Origin: Oscillospiraceae bacterium
GTDB taxonomy: Bacteria > Bacillota > Clostridia > Oscillospirales > Oscillospiraceae
Reading direction: 5' to 3'
DNA: 64,000 nucleotides
NCBI GenBank assembly: GCA_902775355.1
Contig: CACYLY010000007.1
Location: 48-64,047 of the forward strand
Below, in pieces: positions 34,864-44,776 of the stretch (position 1 is its first letter; every line of letters starts with the position of its first letter). A program made the translations under genes and the position numbers. Below the pieces are notes generated by a model that made no database searches, had not been told where the DNA came from, and was given only the letters and a program-made list of their open reading frames with translations.

Positions 34864-35385
34864 ATGAAGTTTTTTAAAAAGCGCAGCGTCGCTCTGGTGA
34901 TCTGTCTGATCCTCGTCATCGCCTCAACGCTGCTGAACACCCGGATAAAGCTGGGCGCTCAGTGCCGGGAGCTGAACGAGAGCCTCTATACCGTCGAGGG
35001 CATTGCCGGGAAACTGGAGGCCCTGCATGTGGAGGCTGACGCGCTGGCCGCCCTGGCCGAGACCAACGGCCTCAAGGCCGACGACCTGCGGCAGGCTTCC
35101 GCGGACCTGCAGGACCTGCTCAGCCAGCGCTCCGTCAACGCCGGGCAGCTCTACCGCTGTTACGACGCGCTGCGCGCCCAGATGTGCGCCACCGCCGCCC
35201 AGCTCAGTGAAAAGAACGTCCCCGGGGCTGACACGATCCTCGCCCGTGCGCAGGATCTCCAGGACGCTATCGCCTCAAGCGACTACAACACGGAGGTGCA
35301 CAGCTTCCGCCAGCGCAACGGCAGCCTTCTGACCAGATTTCTGGCCTCCCTTTCCGGCGTGAGCATCCCGGAGGAGTTCGCCTGA
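34864..35385 (+). CDS. hypothetical membrane-anchored coiled-coil protein
   Basis: N-terminal TM segment (VALVICLILVIASTLL). Coding-like composition. No motif recognised. Confidence 0.5.
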   Translation: MKFFKKRSVALVICLILVIASTLLNTRIKLGAQCRELNESLYTVEGIAGKLEALHVEADALAALAETNGLKADDLRQASADLQDLLSQRSVNAGQLYRCYDALRAQMCATAAQLSEKNVPGADTILARAQDLQDAIASSDYNTEVHSFRQRNGSLLTRFLASLSGVSIPEEFA

Positions 35386-35858
35386 TGTCCATTGAGAAAG
35401 GCCGCGCGTACTTCCGTGCCCTGGGCATGGAGGATCGGGTCCGGGAGTTTGCGGTCTCCTCCGCCACGGTGGACCTGGCCGCCCAGGCCCTGGGCGTGGA
35501 GGGCGCGCGGATCGCCAAGACCCTCTCCTTCAAGACCGAGGAAGGCTGCATGCTGATCCTCGCCGCGGGAGACGCCCGGATCGACAACAAGAAGTTCCGG
35601 GAGCGCTTCCACTTCAAGGCCCGGATGCTCTCCGCCGAAGAGGTGCCGGAGCTGGTGGGCCACCCGGTGGGCGGCGTCTGCCCTTTCGGCTGTAAGGATG
35701 GGATCCCCGTGTATCTGGATGAGAGCCTGCAGCGCTTTGAAACCGTTTTCCCCGCCGTGGGCAGTCCCAGCAGCGCCATCGAACTGAACCTGGAAGAGCT
35801 CTTCCGCACGTCCCGGGCCCTGGCCTGGGTGGACGTGTGCAGGATCCCGGAAGCGTAA
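35385..35858 (+). CDS. YbaK/EbsC-family aminoacyl-tRNA trans-editing domain protein
   Basis: IAKTLSFKTEEG..LILAAGDARIDNKKF...GHPVGGVCPFG pattern. Its start overlaps the upstream stop (TGATG). Confidence 0.7.
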   Translation: MSIEKGRAYFRALGMEDRVREFAVSSATVDLAAQALGVEGARIAKTLSFKTEEGCMLILAAGDARIDNKKFRERFHFKARMLSAEEVPELVGHPVGGVCPFGCKDGIPVYLDESLQRFETVFPAVGSPSSAIELNLEELFRTSRALAWVDVCRIPEA

Positions 35859-35921
35859 AACCAATAAATGAACGTGAGTTTGCCTTTTGGCAGATGCCTT
35901 TTGGCAGACCCACGTTCTTTT

Positions 35922-36362
35922 TTATTCTCTTGCCCGCCGGATCCCCAGCCGCCAGAGCAGCCAGCCCAGGATCGCGCCCGGCAGGTTCAGCAGCAGATCG
36001 TCCACATCCAGAGCGCCCCGCCGGGTGAGCAGCTGCAGCAGCTCAACGAAAGCGATGCAGAGAGCCGCTGTCAGCAAAAAGAGCCAAAACCGCCTCTGCC
36101 GCCGAAACAGCAGGGGCAGGAAGAGCCCCAGAGGGAGGAAGGCCAGCAGATTGCCCAGGAAATTGGTCACCGCATAGGGGCGGAAGGCCTCGGCGGCCGC
36201 GTCTTCGCGTCCCAAGATCAGGAAGTAACCCCGAATGGTGCGCAGGGGGATCAGGTTGAAGCTCTGCTCCGGCTGCAGCCGCCGCTGAAACAGCAGCAGC
36301 GCCAGGCACAGGACGTAGAGCGCGAAGAGGCCCCAAAGGAGCGCTTTCCCGTGTTTCTTCAT
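35922..36362 (-). CDS. VanZ-family membrane protein
   Basis: NLIPLRTI and NFLGNLLAFLPLGLFLPLL motifs; 4 TM segments. Confidence 0.75.
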   Translation of the reverse strand: MKKHGKALLWGLFALYVLCLALLLFQRRLQPEQSFNLIPLRTIRGYFLILGREDAAAEAFRPYAVTNFLGNLLAFLPLGLFLPLLFRRQRRFWLFLLTAALCIAFVELLQLLTRRGALDVDDLLLNLPGAILGWLLWRLGIRRARE

Positions 36363-36368
36363 CGGCGC

Positions 36369-38090
36369 TCACCTTCTCAGCCGCCGGACCAGGTCCTCGT
36401 CTCCCCGGGCCAGCATGGTCCGATACTCCGTGTAGATCACCTTTCCCGGCATGGCGCCGGAGGGCTTGCGCACATTGCGCACCATAGTGTAATCCACCGG
36501 GATCTTGCCGCCGTCTCTCCCCTGGGAATAGGTCACGGCCAGGGAAGCCGCCTGCTCCAGAGCCAGGGCGGAGGGCTCCTGCCCCTCGCAGCGCAGGATC
36601 ACATGGCTGCCGTGGACCTTCTGGGTGTGGAGCCAGAAGTCGGTCCGGCGGGCGATCTTCGTGCTCAGCTCGTCGTTCTGCACGTTGCTGCGGCCCACCA
36701 GCACCTCAAAGCCGTCGTCGGTGACAAAGCGCAGGGGCGCCTGGGGCTTGCTCCGGTCCTTCTCCCGGGTCCTGGCCTTCTTCAGATATCCGGTCTCCGC
36801 CAGCTCCCGGCGGATGTCCGCCAGGTCCCGCTCGGTTTCAGCTTGTTCCAGCTCCGCCAGCACGCTGTTGAGATAGTCCAGCTGCTGCTCCCCTTTCGCC
36901 ACCAGCTCCGTCAGGTGAAGCTCGGCGCCCTTGAGCTTGTTGTACTCCTTGAACAGCGCCGCGGCGTTCTGCTGGGGCGTTTTCAGGGGATCCAGGGGGA
37001 TGGAGATCTGCGGACAGTCCGGCTCGTAGTAATTCTCGCAGTCCAGGCTCCGCTGACCTTTTTTCATTCGGTAGAGGTTTGCGGTGATGAGCTCCGCGTT
37101 CCGGCGTACCTCTTCCCGGCTCTCGGTCCGCCTCAGCTCCTCCCGCTGCAGGCCCAGCTTTTTGGCCAGCCGGTCCCGGGCGGTACGGATGCTTTTGAGC
37201 AGTTCGTGGCTCCTGCGTCGGCGGAGCTCCGCCTGGTCCCGCCGGGTGTAAAAGGCGTCCAGCAGGGCGGAAAAGCTGTCATAGCTCTCGTTTACGATCT
37301 CCCGGCCGTACTGGGTGACAGGAAGGAAGCTGAAGTCCTGCGGCTTTCCCTCCCGGGTCAGCAGCGTGGGGACGAAATCTCCCGCCGCCACGGTCTCCTG
37401 CAATGCCTCCATCTGCAGCGGCAGCATCTCATAGTCCCCGCCGCAGCGGGCGGCCAGCTCCCGGCACAGCAGCGGCGACAGGCCCGAGAAGCTGTCCAGC
37501 AGCCACTTTTCGATGGGCGTGTCCCGGTCCGCGCACCTTGCCAGCTCCCGCAGCCGCTCCGGCTCCGTTTCAAAGAAGGGCAGCTTCTCCTGCCTGGGCG
37601 GCATGCGGTAGAAACAGCCCGGCAGCATCCGCCGCAGGGCGTCCCCGCCGAAGTCCGCCCGGCGGATGCAGTCGATGATGCGCCCGTCCTCCCCTACCAG
37701 GATCAGATTGGCGCTGCGGCCGATCAGCTCCGCCGCCAGCTGCTTCCGGGAGCTGACGCCCAGCTCGTCCCGGGCCTCCAGCTCCAGGATCAGCATCCGC
37801 TCCCAATCCGGCTGGCGCACGGAGAGGATCCGCGCGCCCACCAGGTGCTTGCGCAGCAGCATGCAGAACATGGGGGCTTCCTGGGGATTCTCATAGGAGG
37901 CCTGGGTCACGTGGACCCGGGCACTGCCCACGCCGGCGGAGAGCAGCAGGCGCAGGTTCTCCCCTTTTGCCCGCACGGAAAGCAGCAGCATGTCCCGCTC
38001 GGGCTGCTGCACCTTGTCGATTCGCCCGCCGGCGAGCCGGTCCTCCAGCTCCGCGGCCAGGGCGTGTATGCATACGGCGTCCAGGGGCAT
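36369..38090 (-). CDS. rqcH: ribosome quality control protein RqcH (NFACT / FbpA family)
   Basis: NFACT-N (IDKVQQPERDMLLL), coiled-coil middle region, NFACT-R (FWLHTQKVHGSHVIL). Alternative TTG start at 38096. Confidence 0.8.
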   Translation of the reverse strand: MPLDAVCIHALAAELEDRLAGGRIDKVQQPERDMLLLSVRAKGENLRLLLSAGVGSARVHVTQASYENPQEAPMFCMLLRKHLVGARILSVRQPDWERMLILELEARDELGVSSRKQLAAELIGRSANLILVGEDGRIIDCIRRADFGGDALRRMLPGCFYRMPPRQEKLPFFETEPERLRELARCADRDTPIEKWLLDSFSGLSPLLCRELAARCGGDYEMLPLQMEALQETVAAGDFVPTLLTREGKPQDFSFLPVTQYGREIVNESYDSFSALLDAFYTRRDQAELRRRRSHELLKSIRTARDRLAKKLGLQREELRRTESREEVRRNAELITANLYRMKKGQRSLDCENYYEPDCPQISIPLDPLKTPQQNAAALFKEYNKLKGAELHLTELVAKGEQQLDYLNSVLAELEQAETERDLADIRRELAETGYLKKARTREKDRSKPQAPLRFVTDDGFEVLVGRSNVQNDELSTKIARRTDFWLHTQKVHGSHVILRCEGQEPSALALEQAASLAVTYSQGRDGGKIPVDYTMVRNVRKPSGAMPGKVIYTEYRTMLARGDEDLVRRLRR

Positions 38091-38092
38091 GG

Positions 38093-38515
38093 TCAATCCT
38101 CCGCAGCGGCGGCAAACAGGGCTTCGATCCGATCCAGCCGGCCCTGGAGAAAGAGCCAGCCGAAGAGGGCCTCCAGCCCGGTGGCCGCGTGATAGTCCTT
38201 CAGCTCCGCGTTATGGGGCACGGAGTTCACATGGGTGTTCCGGCCCCGACGGTACAGGGCCAGCTCCTCCTCGGTGAGCAGGGGCAGCAGCTTCTCCGCC
38301 GTCCTGGCCTGAGCCTCCGCCCGGACCCGGGCCACGGTAAGCCGGTGTAGCTCCTGCACGCCGGTGTGGCCCTGCTGGCACAGAAGGCTGCGGGTCAGCA
38401 GCTCGTAGACGGCGTCGCCCACGTGGGCCAGGCCCAGCATGCTGATTCGATTGACTTCCTGCCCGCTCATCTGGGGAGATAATCCGTTCATGGCAATCAC
38501 CGGAAAAGGGCGCAC
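38093..38515 (-). CDS. mrnC: Mini-ribonuclease 3
   Basis: LGLAHVGDAVYEL, RGRN, YHAATGLEALFGWL RNase III-like motifs; 140 aa. Confidence 0.85.
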   Translation of the reverse strand: MRPFPVIAMNGLSPQMSGQEVNRISMLGLAHVGDAVYELLTRSLLCQQGHTGVQELHRLTVARVRAEAQARTAEKLLPLLTEEELALYRRGRNTHVNSVPHNAELKDYHAATGLEALFGWLFLQGRLDRIEALFAAAAED

Positions 38516-38539
38516 GACGGCGCCCTTTTCATTCCTTTT

Positions 38540-41269
38540 TTATTCGTCGTAGTCGGGGATCTCGTCTCCCTGGCTCATTTGGGCCGCCAGGGCCATTTCG
38601 CTCTCGTCCGCCATCCCCAGGCGGACCTGCAGGGCCTTCCAGCCCTCTCGGTCGATGACCACGGACCGGGGCTTGGCCCCCTCGTAGGGACCGACCACAC
38701 CCAGCTCCTCCATCTGGTCCACGATGCGGGCGGCCCGGGAATAGCCCAGCTTCACCCGCCGCTGCAGCATGGATACCGAGCAGGAACCGGCCTCCAGCAC
38801 CGCTTCCACGGCCTGGGGCAGCATCTCGTCGTATCCGCTGTCGGATGCGGCCTCGTCCTTGCCGCCCTTGGAGCCCTCAGCCGCGGTCTTCTCCGCCGCG
38901 GACTGCTCCATGGCCGCCAGGATCTCGTCGTTGGCGCTGACTTCCCCGGCGCTCTCCTTGATGAACTGGATGACCTCCTCCCGCTCCTCGTCGGACACGA
39001 AGGCGCCCTGGATGCGGGTAGGCTTGCCGCTGCCCACGGGAGAGAAGAGCATGTCGCCCATGCCCACCAGCTTCTCCGCGCCGCCCTGGTCCAGAATGAT
39101 GCGGCTCTCCATGGCGGAGGAGACCGCAAAGGCGATGCGGCTGGGGATATTGGCCTTCATGAGGCCGGTGATCACGTCGGCGGAGGGCCGCTGGGTGGCA
39201 ATGACCAGGTGCATGCCGGCGGCACGGCCCATCTGGGCCACGCGGACGATGCTGTCCTCCACTTCCTTGGAGGCCACCATCATCAGGTCGGCCAGCTCGT
39301 CGATCACGATGACCACCCGGGGCAGGGTCTGTTCCCCGGCCACCTCGGCGTGCTTGTTGTAGCTGTCCACATCCCGCACACCGATCTCGGAGAAGAGACG
39401 GTAGCGCTTGAGCATTTCCACCACGGACCACTGCAGGGCGCCGGCGGCCTTTTTGGGATCGGTGACCACGGGGACGTAGAGATGGGGAATGCCGTTGTAA
39501 ACGCCCAACTCCACCATCTTCGGGTCGATCATGATGAGGCGGAGCTCGTCGGGCTTGGCCTTGTAGAGCAGGCTCAGGATCAGGGAGTTCATACACACGG
39601 ATTTGCCGGAGCCGGTGGTGCCGGCGATGAGCATGTGGGGGAGCTTGGCGATGTTGCCGACGATGCAGTCGCCGGCGATGTCCTTGCCCAGGGCGAAGCT
39701 CAGCTTGCTCTTGGCGCTCTGGAAGCGGGCGGATTCGATGATATCCCGCAGATACACGGTGCTGACGATCTTGTTGGGCACCTCGATGCCCACGGTGGAG
39801 ATCTTGTCGGGAATGGGGGCGATGCGCACGTTCACCACGCCTAAGGCCAGGGCCAGGTCCCCCGCCAGGTTGGTCACCCGGGACAGCTTCACGCCCTGCT
39901 CCAGCTCAATATCGTAGCGGGTCACGGTGGGGCCGTGGATCACGCCCACGATGGCGGCATTGATGCCGAAGCTGTTCAGCGCCGTCTGCAGCCGCTCGCC
40001 GTTGAGCTGGATCTCTTCTCTGGCGTCAACTACGCCGCCGTCGCTGCTGCGCAGCAGCTCCACAGGCGGGAACTCGTAGGCGGGCTTCTCCTCGGCATTG
40101 GCCACGGCCTCTTCAACCGCCCTGGTCTCCCGCTCCAGCTCTTCCTTCTTCACCTTGGGCTTGGGCGGCTCCTCGATCACCGTGGCGGCCACCGGCGTCT
40201 TCTTCGTCGGGCGGGGCTGCACCGGTGTTTTGGGCTTGCCCAGCACCGGGTATTCCCTCTCCTGCTGCTCGCTGATCAGCTCCGGCTCCCGGGGGATCTG
40301 GAAGGTCTCCACCTTGGGGCTCGGCTTATCCTCGCCCTTGCGGCGCACAGGGGTCCGCTTGGGGCCGCTGTCCTTCCCGCTGTCGTAGGGAGAGGGTCCT
40401 CTCAGGCTCAGCTCTTCCTCTTCCTCCTCGCCCAGGGGCACGTCCACCGCGTAGCTGGGACGCCGGGGCTTGCGCGTGTTCTGCCCGCCCCGCGTATCCT
40501 GGACTGGGCGTTTCTCCGGCCGCCGCGCCGGCTCGTCTATGATTTCGGGTTCTTCTTCCTCGTCCTCCTGCTCCCGGGCGTCCCGATAAGTCTGACGCCG
40601 CTTTGCCATGGATTCCCTCATGCCGCTGAAGAGCCCCCGGAGAGTGCCTCGAAGGGCGACGATCAGCAGCACCAGAAACAGGGCCAGCAGGAAGGGAAAG
40701 GCGCCATAGACGCTGAAAGCGCCGTTGAGCAATCTGCCCAGGTAGCCACCCAGTACGCCGGGGGACTTCATCAGCTTGCCGGTGGAATAGAGGGCGGTAA
40801 AGGAGTTCTGCAGACTGAAGGGACTAGTGATCTGACTGTACTGCTTCAGAGATTCCAGGTTCTCCGTGAGCACCTCCGCCATACCGGCGAAGACTGCCGG
40901 CAGCAGCAGGGCGCAGACGGCCCGGTGGCCCATCGGCTCCTCCTTCCGATAAAGCAGGAGGATGCCGGAGAAGAGAAACGCGGGCACCGTCAGCCAGAAG
41001 CCCCAGCCTACCAGGCCCTTGATCAGATCCGCAAAGAAGGCGACAAATTTCCCCTCCGTGCTGAAATAGCTGATGATCATGAAGATCCCCAGGGCCAGCA
41101 GGATCACGCCCCAGAGCCCGTTGTGGGAACGGGGCGGCTCCTGGATCTCCTCCTGGGCCGCTTTGGACCGGGTGTTCTCCTTGGCCGCGGAGCTCTTGCG
41201 GGAGGCCGCGCCGCTCCGGGCAGTGGTCTTTCCGGAGCCGGTTTTTGTACTTTTCTTTCTTTCAGCCAT
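38540..41269 (-). CDS. ftsK: DNA translocase FtsK/SpoIIIE
   Basis: N-terminal TM segments, Pro/Glu-rich linker, motor domain LIAGTTGSGKSV, VIDELADLM, C-terminal gamma domain SVSMLQRRVKLGYSRAARIVDQME. Confidence 0.92.
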   Translation of the reverse strand: MAERKKSTKTGSGKTTARSGAASRKSSAAKENTRSKAAQEEIQEPPRSHNGLWGVILLALGIFMIISYFSTEGKFVAFFADLIKGLVGWGFWLTVPAFLFSGILLLYRKEEPMGHRAVCALLLPAVFAGMAEVLTENLESLKQYSQITSPFSLQNSFTALYSTGKLMKSPGVLGGYLGRLLNGAFSVYGAFPFLLALFLVLLIVALRGTLRGLFSGMRESMAKRRQTYRDAREQEDEEEEPEIIDEPARRPEKRPVQDTRGGQNTRKPRRPSYAVDVPLGEEEEEELSLRGPSPYDSGKDSGPKRTPVRRKGEDKPSPKVETFQIPREPELISEQQEREYPVLGKPKTPVQPRPTKKTPVAATVIEEPPKPKVKKEELERETRAVEEAVANAEEKPAYEFPPVELLRSSDGGVVDAREEIQLNGERLQTALNSFGINAAIVGVIHGPTVTRYDIELEQGVKLSRVTNLAGDLALALGVVNVRIAPIPDKISTVGIEVPNKIVSTVYLRDIIESARFQSAKSKLSFALGKDIAGDCIVGNIAKLPHMLIAGTTGSGKSVCMNSLILSLLYKAKPDELRLIMIDPKMVELGVYNGIPHLYVPVVTDPKKAAGALQWSVVEMLKRYRLFSEIGVRDVDSYNKHAEVAGEQTLPRVVIVIDELADLMMVASKEVEDSIVRVAQMGRAAGMHLVIATQRPSADVITGLMKANIPSRIAFAVSSAMESRIILDQGGAEKLVGMGDMLFSPVGSGKPTRIQGAFVSDEEREEVIQFIKESAGEVSANDEILAAMEQSAAEKTAAEGSKGGKDEAASDSGYDEMLPQAVEAVLEAGSCSVSMLQRRVKLGYSRAARIVDQMEELGVVGPYEGAKPRSVVIDREGWKALQVRLGMADESEMALAAQMSQGDEIPDYDE

Positions 41270-41282
41270 AGTTCTTTACCCT

Positions 41283-42116
41283 TTAAAATATCATCGTCAG
41301 AATGATCGCCAGCACGCCCATCACCCAGCAGTAATAGGCGAAGCCGCCGAAACGTCCCCGATTGGCCAGCAGCTTGAGCAGGCGGATCGAAAGGATGCCC
41401 GCCGCGGAGGCCGCCAGCATGCCCGCCAGATACGCGGGCATCATGGACCAGTCGATCCCGTCCTTCGCCGCGTCCACCAGGCTCAGGAGATTGGCGCCCA
41501 GCACCGCGGGGATGGACATGAGAAAGGCAAACTTCACGGCATAATCCCGCCGCAGCCCGGTGGCCAGGCCCGCGGTAATGGTGGTGCCGGAGCGGGAGAG
41601 CCCCGGGATCACGGCGGCGCACTGGCACAGGCCGATGATCAGCGAGTCCCACACGGTCATGCTGGTCTCGGTCTTCTTGCCCTGCACCATCTTATCGGCA
41701 ACATAGAGCATGCAGCCGGTGAGGATCAGGGCCACGCCGATGAAAATGCTGTTGTAATACAGCGTCTCCAGTTGATCCTTGATGGGCAGGACCAGGGCCA
41801 GGGGCAGGGTCGCCAGAATGATCATGAGAAACATTCTGGCCGCGGGGTAGCGGCTTTTTCGGTCACCGGCGGCCGGCCCGATCCCCGCAAAGCCCAGCAC
41901 ATCAAAGAACATGGCGACGATGTCCTTCCAGTAGACCACGCAGATGGAGACCAGGGTGCCCAGATGCAGCAGCACGTCAAAGAACAGGTGACCGTCTTCG
42001 GGGGTGCTCATACCGAACAGGTTATTCAAAATGGAAAGATGCCCGGAGCTGGAGATGGGCAAAAACTCCGTGATCCCCTGGACCAGACCCAGGAAGACCG
42101 CTTGCCAGAAACTCAT
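41283..42116 (-). CDS. uppP: undecaprenyl-diphosphate phosphatase
   Basis: GLVQGITEFLPISSSGH and PGLSRSGTTI motifs. Confidence 0.9.
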   Translation of the reverse strand: MSFWQAVFLGLVQGITEFLPISSSGHLSILNNLFGMSTPEDGHLFFDVLLHLGTLVSICVVYWKDIVAMFFDVLGFAGIGPAAGDRKSRYPAARMFLMIILATLPLALVLPIKDQLETLYYNSIFIGVALILTGCMLYVADKMVQGKKTETSMTVWDSLIIGLCQCAAVIPGLSRSGTTITAGLATGLRRDYAVKFAFLMSIPAVLGANLLSLVDAAKDGIDWSMMPAYLAGMLAASAAGILSIRLLKLLANRGRFGGFAYYCWVMGVLAIILTMIF

Positions 42117-42264
42117 GACCTTACCCCCATTTGAATCGTAAGAATTATTCTAACATAATTTTATGGCAAAAACAAGTGCAGCAATTCCGGAAAAAGCCGT
42201 CGTTTTCCGCGTCGTTTCCCGCGCCGCCCGCAGGGGGGTATCCCCCGGCGGGAGCGGAAAGGCG

Positions 42265-42304
42265 CAAGAAAGGAAGCACCGCCTGTCCCCGAGGGCAGGC
42301 GGTG
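42265..42304 (-). terminator. terminator-like hairpin after the gtrA-family gene
   Basis: Minus strand CACCGCCTG...CAGGCGGTG followed by CTTCCTTTCTTG. Confidence 0.4.
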
Positions 42305-42370
42305 AGAACTTATTCCGTGTGTCTGCGCTGCGCCGGAGCGAAGGGAGGCCCCGGCCCATGGGCTGCAGGA

Positions 42371-42853
42371 TTATTCCGATTCCGCCCTGTCCCCTTCCGG
42401 CTTCTCCGGAAGCGGAGTCCCCGGTTTTTTCCGGGCAAAGACCCAGAATTTCTGCACCAGAAAATTGATCGTCATCATCAGGATATCAACGGGGGCGTTG
42501 AGCAGTGTGTGCAGCACGGCCGCCTTTGTCCTGCCATAGCCGGCCGTGAGCTGGTCGATCCGGCTCCACTGGGCCACAAGTTCCAGCAGCTTGGCTGAAA
42601 TGAACATCACCGGAATAGCCAGGCAATAGTACTTCACCAGGGACTTGCCGTAGTGTTCGTCCTTGGGGAAAACCAGGAAGAAGTTCAGGTGGAAGTTCAG
42701 CAGAGACGACAGCGCGCGGGCGATCAGCTTCTCCGCATACTCCCCCATCCAGGTGCCGAAGAAGAACTCCAGCAGAAAAAGCAGCAGATATTCAAACAGA
42801 AACGAGGAAAAGGAACACAGCAGAAAAACGAAGGCTTGCTTTGCTTTCTTCAT
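42371..42853 (-). CDS. GtrA-family membrane protein
   Basis: 160 aa, 4 TM segments, C-terminal NFLVQKFWVF motif. Confidence 0.7.
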   Translation of the reverse strand: MKKAKQAFVFLLCSFSSFLFEYLLLFLLEFFFGTWMGEYAEKLIARALSSLLNFHLNFFLVFPKDEHYGKSLVKYYCLAIPVMFISAKLLELVAQWSRIDQLTAGYGRTKAAVLHTLLNAPVDILMMTINFLVQKFWVFARKKPGTPLPEKPEGDRAESE

Positions 42854-42862
42854 GGCATCGCC

Positions 42863-43579
42863 TCAGTGGAACAGGCCCTTGAACATGACCTTGAAGATCC
42901 GCCAGGAATCCTTCAGGGCGTTGTAATGGGAGCTGTAATCCTCCGGATCGTAGACCGTGGTGATGGGCTGCTCCAGGAAGAGGATGCCCTGCTTTTTCAT
43001 CTGCAGCAGCATATTGGTCTCGTACTCGAAGCGCTCGCCCTCCACCCGGGTAAAACGCTCCAGATAATCCCGGGGAATGGCCCGCAGGCCCGTCTGGGTG
43101 TCCGACAGGGTGATCCCGTAGAAGAGCCGGAACATGCGGGAGGTGGTCTTGTTCCCCGCCACGCTCCGGGGCGGCACGTTGGACTGGTCAAAGTCCCGGC
43201 AGCCCAGGACGACTCTCCCCTTTTCCCGCAGCATCCGCTGCCCGCAGGCCAGGATGTCCTCGGTGAGATGCTGCCCGTCCCCGTCAATGGTGATCACGCC
43301 CAGGGTCTCGGGAAGCTGGTCCAGCACGTAGCGGAAGGCCGTTTTCAGCGCCCGGCCCTTCCCCTTGTTGCCCTCGTGATGTAGCACGGTGCAGCCGGGC
43401 AGGGCGGCGGCCTTTTCAAAATGCCCCTGCCCCTCCGGTCCGGTGCCGTCGTCCACGATGACGATGTGGGAAAAGCCGGTTTTCACCAGCTTTTCCACAA
43501 CTCTGTCAAATTTGTCGTCCGGGTCCAGGGAGGGCAGAACGATCGCCAGAGCTTCCTGGCAAGATGTCTTATCCTCCAA
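42863..43579 (-). CDS. family 2 glycosyltransferase (polyprenyl-phosphate sugar synthase-like); start uncertain
   Basis: AIVLPSLDPD, VIVDDGTG, ITIDGDGQH (DXD). No in-frame ATG, so the TTG at 43579 is proposed. It overlaps the upstream gene end by 11 nt. Confidence 0.7.
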   Translation of the reverse strand: MEDKTSCQEALAIVLPSLDPDDKFDRVVEKLVKTGFSHIVIVDDGTGPEGQGHFEKAAALPGCTVLHHEGNKGKGRALKTAFRYVLDQLPETLGVITIDGDGQHLTEDILACGQRMLREKGRVVLGCRDFDQSNVPPRSVAGNKTTSRMFRLFYGITLSDTQTGLRAIPRDYLERFTRVEGERFEYETNMLLQMKKQGILFLEQPITTVYDPEDYSSHYNALKDSWRIFKVMFKGLFH

Positions 43580-44759
43580 TGTAATCGCTCTCTTCCGTAT
43601 TGTAGTCCACCACGGAGAAGGCAAAGGCCTCGTCCTTGTCCGCAAAGTACTTGACGTAGATCTTCATATCCCGGTGGACCTTCACATAGCCCGCGGGCAT
43701 CTGGGAACCTGCGTCCGCCGACACGTCCAGCACATAGATGCCGTTGCCCAGGGCTGTGACGCTGTTGAGGGTGCTGCCGTTGAAATTGTAGTTGTAGTTG
43801 TGCTGCCAGCCCATGTAGCTGTCGATCATCCGGTACAGCCGGCTGGCCAGGTCGCTGTCCTTCAGCACGAAATGCTGCAGGATATTGTACTCATACCACA
43901 TTTCGCCGGTGCCGGCGCAGAACTCCAGGTAGCGCTTGGTGAACTGGGTGTTGAAGCCGTCGAAGCGATCAAAGAGCTCCTGGGAAACGGGCTCGATGAA
44001 CTGGGAATCGTCCTGCTCGGGGTCGATCTCGGTGGGGTTGCCGTTGGCGTCCAGCAGCTGATAGTCCACGTGGCCGAAGATCTGCTCCACGTGATATCTG
44101 GTCTTGGTGGGCAGGCCCTCGAATTCCTCGTAGTACTCCTCCAGCACATTGTAGTGGATGCCGCTTTCCACCACGTTATCCATCGTCAGCGGGTGGCCGT
44201 TGACCAGAACGGTGTAGTTTTCCGGCACGGTAATGTCAAAGGAGGTGTACAGGCCGTCCAGGAAGAACTGCACGCTGTCCTCCTCCACTTCCCAGGGGTA
44301 GGCGGACATCTTCTCAATGGCCAGGTTGACCAGGGGATTTTCATCGGGCTCAAAGGCCCTCTGGACCACGAATACCTGGCCGAACTTGCTGTGCCCGGAG
44401 AAAAGATCATAGGTCCTCTTCTGATCATCGACCCGGACGCCCGGCAGGCAGCGCAGATCCTCCGCCATGATCTCCTTCAGGACCTGGACGCATTCCTCGT
44501 CCGTCTGATAGGGGTGCTCCATCTCGGAGATGGTCTTGATCACGCCCTTGTCCCCGCTCTCCCAGATCTGTTCGTTCAGCTTATCCTTATAGGCTTCCAC
44601 CTTGGGAGCCACCTGCGCGTCCTCCCAATACTGGGCAAAGGTTCTCACGCTGGACCAGAGATAGTATGTACCGAAGCACAGAACGGCGGCCCAAACCACC
44701 ATAAAGACGATGTAGACCAGCTTGCCGATCTTGACTTTCCTTTTCTTTGTTTTCTCCAT
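43569..44759 (-). CDS. hypothetical 396-aa single-pass extracytoplasmic protein
   Basis: N-terminal KKRK + TM anchor (LVYIVFMVVWAAVLCFGTYYLW). Coding-like composition. No motif recognised. Confidence 0.55.
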   Translation of the reverse strand: MEKTKKRKVKIGKLVYIVFMVVWAAVLCFGTYYLWSSVRTFAQYWEDAQVAPKVEAYKDKLNEQIWESGDKGVIKTISEMEHPYQTDEECVQVLKEIMAEDLRCLPGVRVDDQKRTYDLFSGHSKFGQVFVVQRAFEPDENPLVNLAIEKMSAYPWEVEEDSVQFFLDGLYTSFDITVPENYTVLVNGHPLTMDNVVESGIHYNVLEEYYEEFEGLPTKTRYHVEQIFGHVDYQLLDANGNPTEIDPEQDDSQFIEPVSQELFDRFDGFNTQFTKRYLEFCAGTGEMWYEYNILQHFVLKDSDLASRLYRMIDSYMGWQHNYNYNFNGSTLNSVTALGNGIYVLDVSADAGSQMPAGYVKVHRDMKIYVKYFADKDEAFAFSVVDYNTEESDYIGG

Positions 44760-44776
44760 CGTTATTTACCTCAATC

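Noticed and set aside
35868-38192. 774-aa plus-strand ORF opposite vanZ, rqcH and mrnC
   Set aside because: It runs antisense through three well-supported minus-strand genes and has a Gln/Pro/Leu/Gly-rich composition with no motifs.
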